A stretch of 63,277 nt of DNA, counting the filler, from Stramenopiles sp. TOSAG23-2 (Eukaryota): assembly GCA_900128395.1 (NCBI GenBank). It is 42 parts of 42 records of this genome, joined end to end, with 100 filler letters (N's around TTAATTAATTAA, not from the genome) between each part and the next. Parts side by side here need not be neighbours in the genome. Positions count along the whole stretch, not along the records: positions 12,142 to 13,555 come from LT652952.1; positions 13,656 to 15,069 come from LT652953.1; positions 15,170 to 16,583 come from LT652954.1; positions 16,684 to 18,097 come from LT652955.1; positions 18,198 to 19,610 come from LT652956.1; positions 19,711 to 21,122 come from LT652957.1; positions 21,223 to 22,633 come from LT652958.1; positions 22,734 to 24,144 come from LT652959.1; 34 more parts are not named here. One strand, 5' to 3'. The position numbers and the translations under genes are program-made. Below the pieces are notes generated by a model. It was given only the letters and a program-made list of their open reading frames with translations, was not told the DNA's origin and searched no databases. Below are positions 12,142 to 24,452 of this stretch, piece after piece. Positions within the stretch are counted from its first letter, which is position 1. Each line of letters opens with the position of its first letter.

Positions 12142-13555
12142 ACTTCTTTTGAAACAGCAACGTGGAAATTTTCTTATGATCAAGATGCTTGGGAAAAATT
12201 CGAAGGTTCAAATAATATTCCACCTTTGAGAGAATATCATCGAATGATATGGACCAATATAGGACCATTGGTTTTCGGAGGGCGAAAAGATAACATATAT
12301 TATAATGATTGTTGGATCTATTCAGAACCTGATGGTTGGAAAGAAATTAAACCGGAAAATAAGGATACATTGTGGCCTTCGGCCACAGTATCCATGTCAA
12401 TGGACTCGAATATTGATGGCACTAAAGTTGTAATGGTTGGGGGTAATGGTCCAGAAACTGAAAACATTAAGATGACTTGGATATTTTCGACTGCAACCAA
12501 AACATGGGAACAAATACTTCCACCAGAATCATCAAGTTCTGATTATTTCTTTGTGAACAGGGGAAATTTAGCATTTTTAAGTCCAAATGGTTTTGTTTTA
12601 ACTGGAGGATTCTTATCTCACCAATACATTAATGACCCTCGGATGTTTGATTTAGAGCAAAAGTTGTGGAGCAAAGGAAGTAGTATAGATACCCTACCAC
12701 CACCGCTTAAAAAACATAAAAGTACCGAAATAGTTGGTACAAATTGTATTCTTATCCATGGCGGAATACTGGGTAATAATTTAGTGTATAATAAATATGC
12801 ATGGAAATATTGTATTGACAAAAAATCATGGCAATTTCTTCATGTGACACAAGATAGTGAAAATCCTGGAGTTCGCGTTGCACATGGAATGGTTAGTTTC
12901 ACGCCACAAAAAGGGATCATGTTTGGTGGTTATCATGCAAACAAATATTTCGACACCACATACGTCTTTACCCTTCCCTATAATGGATATATAAAATGGA
13001 CAAAAATAAATAGCGATTATGGCCCAAGTAAACGAAGTGAATTTGGCATGGTATTGATAAGGAGGCCGGATAACGTTCCAAATAAAAACATTGCATGTTT
13101 ATTTGGTGGGATAAGTGAAGGTGGAAGGGTGTATCATGGCGATACTTGGTGTTTTGATGATAGTACAAATAAATGGACAGAAACGGTTGCTGCTGATAAA
13201 GTGAAGCCATTAAGTCGGAATCATCTTGGGATTGCTTCATATTCTAGAAATAAAATGTTAATTTTCGGAGGTCAAGGCAAAACTACCTCTGGTCCGGCAA
13301 TATTCAATGATCTATGGGAATTTAATTATGAAAAACAACAATGGAGAGAATTAACGGCACTTGCTAAAAAAAACAGTGGAAATATAATTCCTGAAAAACG
13401 ATATCTTCCACTACTTGCAAGATTACAAACGTTTAACACATTTGTTCTTTTCGGTGGGAAAAATAGTGCCCCAATCTCTGATACGTGGATGCTTTGGTTT
13501 GATTTGGACGGCCAGCCTTACTGGAAATTATTAACGCTCCCTATATCCCCTCCTG
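12142..13555 (+). CDS. Kelch-repeat beta-propeller protein (internal fragment)
   Basis: Repeated LFGG..NDxW..W blades; frame open across the whole contig. Confidence 0.9.
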
Positions 13556-13942
13556 NNNNNNNNNNNNNNNNNNNNNNNNNNNNNNNNNNNNNNNNNNNNT
13601 TAATTAATTAANNNNNNNNNNNNNNNNNNNNNNNNNNNNNNNNNNNNNNNNNNNNAATAGCTGATGGAAAACGTACATCATAGGAAGGCGGAGAATAAAT
13701 TGTACCAGGGCAGTATATATTATTCACGTATTATAAAAAAAATATATAACTTATAAAAAATCATATCAAGATAAATTGTTAAAAATTTAAGTATACATAA
13801 AATACTATACTCGTATATATGTGTGTGTGTCATTATATATTTACACACACGTACATCACACACACACACACACAGTCACACACCTCCGACTACATCTCCA
13901 TATTCTCTCTCGCGTGTCTGAGATATATATCATATTAATATT

Positions 13943-15043
13943 TTATTCATCACTACCATTTAATTTATCCATTATTTCCGCTTTAAATGCATTTAAATCA
14001 CCATTATTGTTAATAGTGCCATCTTTAAATTTTGCACTTGTTGGATTACTTATTATATTACCTGCACTGCTATTAATTGCTGCAACTTCACCATTGCCAA
14101 ATGTAACATCACCACCACTTGCTTTATGTCCTTTTTTTACAGCAACACAACCCCATGCACGTTCAACACCATTGCTTGTCAATATAGCATGATGACCAGA
14201 AAATAAATTTCCAGCTTTAAATGCTTTTGCTCGTTTGGCTTCAGTAGATGTGAAATCCAATGTAACATCATCACCTGAAACAACAACATCACATGGTAAC
14301 AATGTGCCTGGCTGTGCTGCATTAACAGCATCTGCCATAGCATTTAATACATCACTTGCTCCCATATCTGCAGATAGAACAACATGTGATTTTCCATTTT
14401 CAGTTGCAATCAATGATGTTTTACCATCTTTTGCACCAGCTGCAAAATATGCAGTGACCGTCGCATTACTATTATATGCACCATGGCTACGGTTAAACAT
14501 TGCTTTGAATAAACCAGCAGCATTCACATCATCAGTCACACCCTTTACGTTCACACTTGTACCTATTGTGCTATCTTCCAAATATACTGCTTTGCAAGTT
14601 GATAAAAATTGTGTATTATCTGCTAAAATTGCATCGGATTCATCATATGAAATTTCTTTTGCAGATCCATTTGCAAATCCGGCGGTCATAGTGTTTACTT
14701 TTCCACCTTTTTTTCCACCTAATTTAAGCGCCCCGCCTTTTGTCAAACGGTGCGTGCTTAAATTATTTAATACAGATGCTGCGTTCACACCAGTAGAAGC
14801 AAGAGCAAAACTTGCAATATTCTCATTACCAGCTCTTGCTTTTGCTTTTAAAATAGCATTTTTAGCTGCTTCGCGATCATCTACCATATTTGCTAAATCT
14901 TTTGGTGCATACATTGCAGGGTTTTTTGCCCTGTGATCTGCAACAGCGGATACAAATTCCGATACACTACTGCTATAATACCTTGCACTAATATTAGTAT
15001 TGCATGCTGTTTTTTTCACCACTCTAAATAACGATGATGCCAT
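13943..15043 (-). CDS. Mitochondrion-targeted degenerate PEP-carboxykinase(ATP)-like protein
   Basis: Basic presequence MASSLFRVVKK..SARYYS; VYLEDSTIG..VKGVTDDVNAAGLFKAMF and LFSGHHAILTSNGVERAWG resemble PEPCK segments, but no GLSGTGKT loop. Confidence 0.5.
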   Translation of the reverse strand: MASSLFRVVKKTACNTNISARYYSSSVSEFVSAVADHRAKNPAMYAPKDLANMVDDREAAKNAILKAKARAGNENIASFALASTGVNAASVLNNLSTHRLTKGGALKLGGKKGGKVNTMTAGFANGSAKEISYDESDAILADNTQFLSTCKAVYLEDSTIGTSVNVKGVTDDVNAAGLFKAMFNRSHGAYNSNATVTAYFAAGAKDGKTSLIATENGKSHVVLSADMGASDVLNAMADAVNAAQPGTLLPCDVVVSGDDVTLDFTSTEAKRAKAFKAGNLFSGHHAILTSNGVERAWGCVAVKKGHKASGGDVTFGNGEVAAINSSAGNIISNPTSAKFKDGTINNNGDLNAFKAEIMDKLNGSDE

Positions 15044-15520
15044 AATATTATCTATATACGGTGTGTGTGNNNNNNNNNNNNNNNNNNNNNNNNNNNNNNN
15101 NNNNNNNNNNNNNTTAATTAATTAANNNNNNNNNNNNNNNNNNNNNNNNNNNNNNNNNNNNNNNNNNNNTACTGCTGTGTGCGTCTGTGTTAGTGGAGAG
15201 TATGTGTTTGTAAAAAAAATACTGAGTAAAGAATACAATATTACACAAAGAGCGTTTGTAAAAAAATCTTTTCTAGAGTAATAATTTATTATTATGATAC
15301 GCGAAACGTGCGTAATAATTAAAAATAAAAAAAAAAGTAAAAAATCTTTTTTGTGTACAAACGTCAAATGTAAAATATTTTTGGTGTTTATTACTTTAAC
15401 ACGTCATTTTACACACACACTAAAGCGACAGAGAGGTTTATTTTTCACACTTTTCCATATACTACACACACGCACACCTCCTTTCTCTCTCTCTCTCTCT
15501 TATATATCAATATATCTTAA

Positions 15521-15814
15521 TCAAGATACAACTGATGTTTTACCACTCTCTAAAATAACTGTCGTATCCAAAACACCATCACCTGTCGTATCTAATAATT
15601 TCGTATCAATTATACCATCACGATTGGTATCAAGTGCATCCACAATTCCATCCCCAGAAGTATCAAATCCTGTAATACCACTTCCTAATTTTACAATAGG
15701 TATCATTTTTTCGTTATTTACACCAGGATTCTTAGTATGTTTAATAATACTTCCCATACCACGATGTATTCTACTATTTTTATAAATCATTTTCGTAGCT
15801 TTAGAACGTGCCAT
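15521..15814 (-). CDS. Small protein or last exon with three DxxxDG Ca-binding-like loops
   Basis: DTSGDGIVD, DTNRDGIID, DTTGDGVLD; frame open upstream to ~15937. Confidence 0.55.
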   Translation of the reverse strand: MARSKATKMIYKNSRIHRGMGSIIKHTKNPGVNNEKMIPIVKLGSGITGFDTSGDGIVDALDTNRDGIIDTKLLDTTGDGVLDTTVILESGKTSVVS

Positions 15815-15985
15815 AAAACGATGATGAGTTACGATTGAATCTAACGTATCAAAAAAATCCTCAATACTGATTTTTTCAAGGTTCTTTGATTTATCTTTCT
15901 TTCCTTTTGTTATATGGTCAACAAATGCTTGTCTCGTCTACTTAATAATATATATCTAGCTCTTAAATTATTAACACGATTGATG

Positions 15986-16019
<34 letters not shown>

Positions 16020-16375
16020 CTTTAAATATGTATATTTAAATTAAATTTAATTTAAAATATTTGTTTTTTCATGACATGTGCACCACATGAACACATGTCA
16101 AAATGTACCTGCATTAATCATAAATGTTTCTAATGTTTTATGCATTTTTTTTTGTATAACGTTTTTTGCATGTTGTTTGCTGGGTTAAAGAAAGCTGGGC
16201 CCTGGGCTGGGAGATCATAGAGCTATACCTTAAAATATATTTGTGAATGGTATTGACATGCTATTCATATGAGACAGGTGTTAATATCGGATTTTATTCA
16301 TCACCCCTCTCCCACCCAGACCAGCTGATGGGCCAGCCAGCCAGCTCCCAGAGCTTTCAAATGATGATTAGACGA

Positions 16376-16583
16376 CTATACTACTTCTTCCAAACGATCC
16401 AAACTAGATTGCAATAACGATAATGTTTTTCGGTTTAAATGTGTTTTGTCACTATCATAAATTGGATTTAATACCCTGGTTTCATTATTGAATTCAACGT
16501 CTTCCTCGTTACCTCTTGTTGTTGCACTCCCAGCATCAACATCATCATCAACAATATACAAGTCATCAATAAAATCTAAATAA
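16376..16583 (-). CDS. C-terminal fragment of unknown protein
   Basis: Open from the contig edge, acidic protein-like composition. Confidence 0.4.
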
Positions 16584-16783
16584 NNNNNNNNNNNNNNNNN
16601 NNNNNNNNNNNNNNNNNNNNNNNNNNNTTAATTAATTAANNNNNNNNNNNNNNNNNNNNNNNNNNNNNNNNNNNNNNNNNNNNGGAGGAAAAGAATTTTA
16701 TATAACATATGAGTAAGAGAAAAACACATATATATATACGTATACAGAACATTTTATATACGTATACGCGTAAAATATATATT

Positions 16784-18097
16784 TTATAATTTCTGACCAA
16801 TAATTAATTGTCCTGTAACGCCTTTTCTATGTTGCAATCGCAATTCTACATTTTTATTATGAATAATATGCATACCTGCATTGATTAATGAATCTAAAAT
16901 ATATTGTTTACAATGTCGAAATCGACCATGTAATGTATGCATAGAATATTGTTTCTCGTTTTTATTACAAAAATGTTCTATTTGGCTATTTTTATCGTCA
17001 TGATTTCGTTTATTTTTTAAAACTTCAATTGTTAATGCAATCATTCCATTTTTACGTAAACCATTTGATAAATCTTGGAAAAAGACAGTTACATCACCTA
17101 TATAACCTAACACATCGCTTAATAATACTAAATCTATTTTGTTTTTTGGTAAGACGTTACTCGCAAAGTTTAAAACGTCTGCGACTATTACTTTTTCATA
17201 TACATTTAATGATTTTGCCCTATGTGCCATACTTGATGATAAATCCACACCAATTATAGTATGTACTGGAGATGCAAATAAACTACCACAAAGGCCTGTT
17301 CCACAACCTAAATCTAAAATAGTCATTTTTGTTTCATTTAAACTTTCAAGTGTATCATTCACTGCTTTGTGAATCAAAAATGGTGTTTTGAATTGAAGAA
17401 CTCCTACCATATGTTTATCATAATTTGGTGCATAATAATCAAATAAATCGACTACGTACTGTGTCTCTGCTTTTTTTACATCTTTCTTTTGAATTGCATT
17501 TAACATATGTAGAGCAGATGCATGTTTTTTATTTATCTTCAAACATGCTTCATACTCTTCTATAGCAGATTTTAAATGTCCTTCACGGTGTAACAAGTAA
17601 CCTAATTGAAAATGTGCTTCCGCTGCTTGTTCATTTCTGTAATTTTCATTATATGTTTTATCACGAAGTAAATGAATCTCGCGTTGTTTTATATAATTTT
17701 CTATATTATCATCGTATTCTTTGGTCTTATCCGAATCATCACTTTCATCATTATCATCATCACCATTCTTTTTATTATTATTATTATTATTTTTTTTATC
17801 TTCCTCATCATTTAACATTCGTTCAAGTATTAAAGGTTCCTCTAATATATCATGAAAATTTTTTTCTGTCATATCTGATAAATCCCATCCAAGTTCATCA
17901 CCTATATCTTTTAAATCGGTAATATCTTGTAGATCTTTAAGATAATCATTATCTACATTGCCGTCGTCATCTATTGCATCTTGTAAACCTCCTATAGTAG
18001 CACTTTCCAATAAGTTTTTATCAATAATATTATTAACACCAGCATTCTCTAATAAATTATCAATTGAAAACAATAACGCTGCACCTTCTGCTCAATT
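16784..18097 (-). CDS. TPR + SAM-dependent methyltransferase (COG4976-like), 5'-truncated
   Basis: AEAHFQLGYLL..AIEEYEACL TPR; YVVDLFDYYAPNYDKHMVGVL; ILDLGCGTGLCG; GVDLSSSM; GRFRH. Confidence 0.9.
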
Positions 18098-18303
18098 NNN
18101 NNNNNNNNNNNNNNNNNNNNNNNNNNNNNNNNNNNNNNNNNTTAATTAATTAANNNNNNNNNNNNNNNNNNNNNNNNNNNNNNNNNNNNNNNNNNNNAAG
18201 TAGATCAAGTGTAACATAATAGACTTCGTACTCAGTACACAGAGTATGATTATGTACATTAATGATTTCAAGTGACAAACTTCTTAATCACCACTGCCCA
18301 AAT

Positions 18304-19610
18304 TTAACAACTTCCTTTATGCCTATTCAACAACCTTCTCCTCTTTTGACGTCTAAAATCTTTCTCAAATTCCACACCATACACTGTCCCAGTCACATCA
18401 ACATCTTTCACATAATGCTCATCATGAATATTTTTCAACTCTTTCAACTTGCACTGTTTTTCCTTTATACATTTTGCAGAATTGACAATATCTTCACAAC
18501 AACCATCAACATCAACATATGCTTTTACTGTGACTTTCGTACCTATTAAATAGTTTCTGCTTTTACAATGTTTTAATTCACTTTGTAAAAAACCGTTTGC
18601 AGATTGTGTATTCAATTGGACAGTAGCAACCCACTCTTTTTTCGCACCAGCTTTCTTACCAAATGTATCCATATCAATTTGTTGCAACGATATATCTTCT
18701 GCAGTAAATAATGGAGCTGGACAAGAATGATCAATAACATCATACCGTAATCCATCTTTCAAACTAAACATACATTCCTCTTTGCTAGTACATTTTTTCA
18801 CAATATCTTTTTCAACGAAATGAATAGCAATAGTTTTGACATTTGAATTACTTAAGTCGACATGATTGTATCCACGACAATAGGTTTTCTTCTTTTGTTT
18901 TAGTTCTTGTTGTTTCCATTTAGAACCATGACTACAGGTTTTCTCTTCTATCGATGACGGTTTTGGTTTTGATTGCATAACTGCACTTAAACCACCACTA
19001 TAACGATTTTTACCTAAACGATTTTGACGTTTCTTAAATGAAGTTTCCATCACTTCAAGAAAGGTTGCATCTTGCACTTTAAGTCCTGAAAAATAAGAAT
19101 GATCAATCAACTCATAGAATCGCTTCATCGTATGTTGATATGGTATAAAAAGCTCACATAATTTCTTCTCGCTGTTTTTAGGATCATTTAATATACGTGG
19201 ACCACATAATGATACTTCATCAAAAAATGAATTAACCATTTGTTTTATTTTCCTATTGTCTTTTAATTCCCTAAGCGATTCTATTAAAGCAATCATACCT
19301 TCATGCAAATATCCACTTTTTTTAATTGTATCTGTGACTTCAGCATATAAATTATGACGACTATAATTACCACCAGATGATAATGCAAATGGTATAATAT
19401 CACCACGATTTAATTTACCGGATGGATCTTCACATACTTCCAAAGTCGTATCACGTCTTTCTTTGCAACAAATATTTGGCCAAAATGATTTTGCTTCCTT
19501 ATCTATATTTTGCACTTTGAATAACTTATCTAAATCGGATGTGAAAGAACAAAATGATTTTAATAATTCATCACGATTTGTATCAATACATGTTGTATCT
19601 TCAATTTTTT
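18304..19610 (-). CDS. Unknown Cys-containing protein ending KRRRLLNRHKGSC (5'-truncated)
   Basis: Long open frame, no recognised domain. Confidence 0.7.
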
Positions 19611-20350
19611 NNNNNNNNNNNNNNNNNNNNNNNNNNNNNNNNNNNNNNNNNNNNTTAATTAATTAANNNNNNNNNNNNNNNNNNNNNNNNNNNNNNNNNN
19701 NNNNNNNNNNGTATATTTTTATTCTTATAAATGATCGTAAATATGAAGATATAGATGTGGAATGTATTGTATACTTCTATCTCTACAATTGTGTGTAAAT
19801 ATACTATACAATAAATAAAATTTATAACGTCTCGTCAGCTGGTCCCCAGTGGTCAGAGAGACTCTCTTGGTCTCGGTTTTTTTTGTCGGCATCTTGTTTT
19901 TAAGGTTATACAGCTTTTTTTCATTTTTATACCTTTTGCCTGTTTAAACTAACTTATGCTATTTTTTTGTATTAATATCATGCACAGTGTGCCAGTTGCT
20001 TTATATTCGATCTAAATGCTATTTTCATGTTATAACAATATAGTACCTGTACAGGGAGCTACTAAAATAAAACAACTATAATACTATTAATATACCAGGT
20101 ATTATACCAGGTACTCATTCATATTAATATGATTGTATTAAAATTACAATATCATCATCATCATCTTCTTCTTCTTCGATAAATATACTGTATATATGAT
20201 TTTTACTACTTTTTATATAAACTATTTTTCTTACGTAATATTGCCCACATGGCAAAACCTATCCTATAGACAAACGTGTAATCACTAAAAAGATCTAAAC
20301 TGTAGCGCTTATCACACTGCTGATATTAAAAAAGACGCACAAATTCCAAG

Positions 20351-21122
20351 ATGTCAGAACGTTCAACAGACAAAGATGACTTCATTCAGGGCGATATGTC
20401 GTCTAACGCCATCAGACTACGTGCAGAGGCATACTCCCGTGCAGTCTGTGACAAAAATGACGCTTTGGACTGGGAGGAGATGCACGAAAGTATTGAAAAT
20501 GACTATTATGAAAAAAAAATACCAGCTCTATATAAAAAGTATGTAAAGTATTTAGATAAGTACACAAAACTAAAAAAAACCTTCGAACTTTATAGGCACA
20601 CATACAAAGCAGAAGATATGAAAAAGCTATTGACTGACGTAGAAACTCTTAAAGAATGGAAAAAAAAAAAGAAAGAGAAAATAATAAAAAAGAACGAAGC
20701 ATTGCAAAAAAAAGAGGAAAAAATTATAGAGCTTGAGAATCAGATTCAAAGCCTGAAAGGCAATGACGAAGAAGATAAACTTAACGCGGAAGAAAAACAA
20801 AATGAATTAGAAGATAATATCCGTAACTTAACAAACGACCTTGAAGATGCAAATAGACGTATAAAAGATTTAGAAGCAGAAGCAGAAACTAGGTTGAAGG
20901 ACTTTCAGAATCAAATACGAGAAGTAAAAGACTCTCTTAAGAGGGAACACAAAATAGCACATGATCAGACAAAAAAAGAATTGGAAAGTCATAAAAGTGA
21001 AAAAAACTTATTGGAGAAGGAAAATGAAAAACATGAGCAATTGATGAAAGAATTGAAAGGTAAAGATTTTGTATTTGATAGGAATGGTAATGTTATTGTT
21101 ATTCAACAAATGAAACCAGAGG
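20351..21122 (+). CDS. Coiled-coil protein, N-terminal part
   Basis: Heptad E/K/L-rich sequence. Confidence 0.75.
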
Positions 21123-21594
21123 NNNNNNNNNNNNNNNNNNNNNNNNNNNNNNNNNNNNNNNNNNNNTTAATTAATTAANNNNNNNNNNNNNNNNNNNNNN
21201 NNNNNNNNNNNNNNNNNNNNNNTGTTTTCAAAGTTGATTTATCATTGTATACATCATCGTCCCTAGCCTGGTTAAATTTTAAAGGGATCGCCCGGTGACT
21301 ATGATTTTGAATGATATCCTCTTTGGATAATAGTTTTTTGCAGCATACAGTATTCACATGATGAATCTCATTCTGTTGCGCATTCTTGGTGTTTGTGTTT
21401 ACGTAATAAAGAACGTCTTTATATATATATAAATGTACGCGTGTTTTAAATTTATAATATTTTAAACATCATTATATATTTAAGAATATTTTTTTTATAG
21501 TTTTATTGTTACACCTGCATTTACCAACTGAAAAACTCGCACTGGCAAAGTTGAGACGACAAATTGCTACGTGAACAGCCGGTATAGATTCTTT

Positions 21595-22633
21595 TCATAC
21601 AGCACAAACGCCATTTTGATAATCACATTTTTCTGAGTTACAATCACGAATGCATTCTCTTAGCTTCAGAAGGCTATCTTGACAATACCTTGAACATTGC
21701 TGATTGCATCCAGCATCCATGGATTTTTCTACAATATCTTTGACTTCTTCGTGATTATCAAGCCATCCATTCGAACAGATTGGATTTTCATAAAGATAGG
21801 TGTGTGTTAGATACTTTAAATTTACCATAGATGTTGGAAGAGATTCAATGGCGTTGTTTCTAACATCCAACATAGACAGCTTCACAAGATTCCCAATTTC
21901 TTCTGGCACAATGGAAATGTTATTATTGTTATTGAATTTTATATACCTCAGGCTTCTTGCAACCCCAATTCCACTTGGGATATTGTTTAATTTATTGCCA
22001 TCGACTATCATGGTAATTACATTCAAATCAAAAAGTTCATTTGGTAGGTCGACCAAACTGTTATTGCTCAAGTAAACACGTCCTAAACTTTTAGCACTTC
22101 CTATTGATGATGCAATCAGAGAAATATTGTTGTTATCTAACTCCAAATGAAATAAATTCTCATTTCCCCAAACACCATCAGGCAACTTGTTCAAGTTATT
22201 ATTCGCTAATTGTAACTTATTAATCCCCATGTTGCCCAAACTTTCCGGTACCTCAGTTAATTCATTGTAACTCAAATCCAAAACACTCACTTTACTGAAA
22301 CTCTTATCAAACCCGCCCGGAATCATCTCCAGCAGCCCATGATTAATTTGCATCACTTTTAATGCATCCATCTCGTGTATTTCATCTGGTAATGTCGTCC
22401 AATTGTGTTTTCGTACATTCAACACGACACAATTACAGGTGGAGGTAAAGGCATTGCCACAAAAAGGCGTTTTTACCATACAACTTTTCCATAATAATGG
22501 TTTGCAGGTAGTGATATCTGAAACCAAATGAATAATTGCAGTAGAACATAAAAACAGTCCATACAACACATTGTACACAACAAATCCAATTCGAACTTTG
22601 TACGGGATTATATTTTGTTGTTTTTTTTGCTAT
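21595..22633 (-). CDS. Membrane protein with Cys-capped LRR array and C-terminal LNR(Notch)-like Cys module, 5'-truncated
   Basis: TM helix, CNC cap, about 8 LxxLxLxxNxLxxLP repeats, NPIC cap, CSRYCQDSLL..CIRDCNSEKCDYQNGVC. Confidence 0.85.
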
Positions 22634-22733
22634 NNNNNNNNNNNNNNNNNNNNNNNNNNNNNNNNNNNNNNNNNNNNTTAATTAATTAANNNNNNNNNNN
22701 NNNNNNNNNNNNNNNNNNNNNNNNNNNNNNNNN

Positions 22734-24098
22734 ACCAGTCAAATATATGCACATCACAATGTACAGATATATCAATATCATCATATGCCTATTGATTTAA
22801 ATTGCATTAATACGAAATTGTTAGCACGGTTGTCAAAAATGTTTACTGTCGATGAGTTGGAAACGGTCCTTGATAAGCGTAATAAAATTATTGGAAAGTT
22901 ATGGATGAAAAAATTAGAAGTCATGCTTGAGGATAGTAAAAAAAGCATTCGTGCATGTAAATATTGCCACAAAGTATTTGCTGTTGGGTTTCTGGAAGTA
23001 TTGGAATGTTCAAAAGCGAAACCATTTATTGATTTTCATGGTAATGTAATTGCAAGGCACGAATCGCATGATGATAAGGCATGGAGTATGCGTGTATATA
23101 TTAAATCTTTGCGTAGTAAAAAAAATTTATCATGGTGCCAAGTATATTGGAAAATTTGGGGATTGACCCATGGTTTGTATTGCAAAGTAAGTGACACATT
23201 TTTTCCCTTTACAGAAGCAAATTTTTCATTGTACCATCCAAAAGCACCTATTTTTCGTCCTGGTGAGAATACTGGTTCTCACCCATGTTGTGGCCAACAA
23301 GCATATCGTTTTGATACGTCTGTTAGAAAATCAGGGTGTCAAGCACGTCCATATGTTCCACGAATTTCAAATACGAATGATGAAACTACGTATCAAATTT
23401 TCTCAAAACGTAGTTCTACCATTGCGTTGACTTTTGATTCCAATAATATTGATAATGATGGTGATTATAAATTAGGTTATATTGGAATATTGGATGTAGG
23501 AAATAGTAAAAATACAGATTCTGCATCTGACGGAGGAGCACAAAGTGATAATGATAGTGTAAAAAGTTCAACGAATTCGGACAATCATTACGAGACAAGT
23601 AGTAGTAAGAAAACATCCGAAAAACGCAGTAGGCGTCCTTCAAGTAGTACTAGTAGTAGTAGTAGGTCTAGCAGGAATTCTTCGTCTAGAGGTAACAAAA
23701 ATAGCCGTAATAGCACAAAAAATTCCTATGGAAGAAAATCTAGTTCCAACTCTAGCAATAACAGTAGTAATAAAAACAACAACAACAATGATAACACTAA
23801 TAATAATAATACCATCATCAACAACAACAATAATACAAATAATGGAGCTGTCACTAGTACTGGAAATGATTCTAGGTTGCCACTTCGTAAATGGAAAAGA
23901 CATAGTACATTGCATTATGAATCTCGTGAACAACCACCAACACCTGAACAATATAAAGTGAATCCGCAGAGACGTCGAATGTGGCGTATTGATTTACAAA
24001 GGGAAGAAGATGTTTTCCGAATGGAAACATTGATGCAACAATTAAGTGCAAGTCGAAAGGAAGAAAGAGGTTATCAACATCAATATTTGAATGTTTGA
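22734..24098 (+). CDS. SANBR: SANBR/KIAA1841 (DUF3342-associated) homologue, C-terminal part
   Basis: MPIDLNCIN, IDFHGNVIARH, SWCQVYWKIWG, YHP..HPCC and C-terminal WRIDLQREED. Confidence 0.8.
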   Translation, partial: TSQIYAHHNVQIYQYHHMPIDLNCINTKLLARLSKMFTVDELETVLDKRNKIIGKLWMKKLEVMLEDSKKSIRACKYCHKVFAVGFLEVLECSKAKPFIDFHGNVIARHESHDDKAWSMRVYIKSLRSKKNLSWCQVYWKIWGLTHGLYCKVSDTFFPFTEANFSLYHPKAPIFRPGENTGSHPCCGQQAYRFDTSVRKSGCQARPYVPRISNTNDETTYQIFSKRSSTIALTFDSNNIDNDGDYKLGYIGILDVGNSKNTDSASDGGAQSDNDSVKSSTNSDNHYETSSSKKTSEKRSRRPSSSTSSSSRSSRNSSSRGNKNSRNSTKNSYGRKSSSNSSNNSSNKNNNNNDNTNNNNTIINNNNNTNNGAVTSTGNDSRLPLRKWKRHSTLHYESREQPPTPEQYKVNPQRRRMWRIDLQREEDVFRMETLMQQLSASRKEERGYQHQYLNV

Positions 24099-24452
24099 AA
24101 GAGAGAGAGAGAGAGAGGATTGTAGATTTTGTGTGTGTTTTTATNNNNNNNNNNNNNNNNNNNNNNNNNNNNNNNNNNNNNNNNNNNNTTAATTAATTAA
24201 NNNNNNNNNNNNNNNNNNNNNNNNNNNNNNNNNNNNNNNNNNNNATCATGAGTAAAGTAAAAAATAAGTTATTGCATTTAATTATTATACTTTAATGATA
24301 TGATACAGTATTTTAAGGAAGTACTTCATATTACGAATATATATTATACGACGTATATGATATGCATTACGTATTCGGTATGCATATGATACTACACACG
24401 CGCAAATATATCATAAAATAATCTACAACACTCTGACTGAAAAACTTCATTT

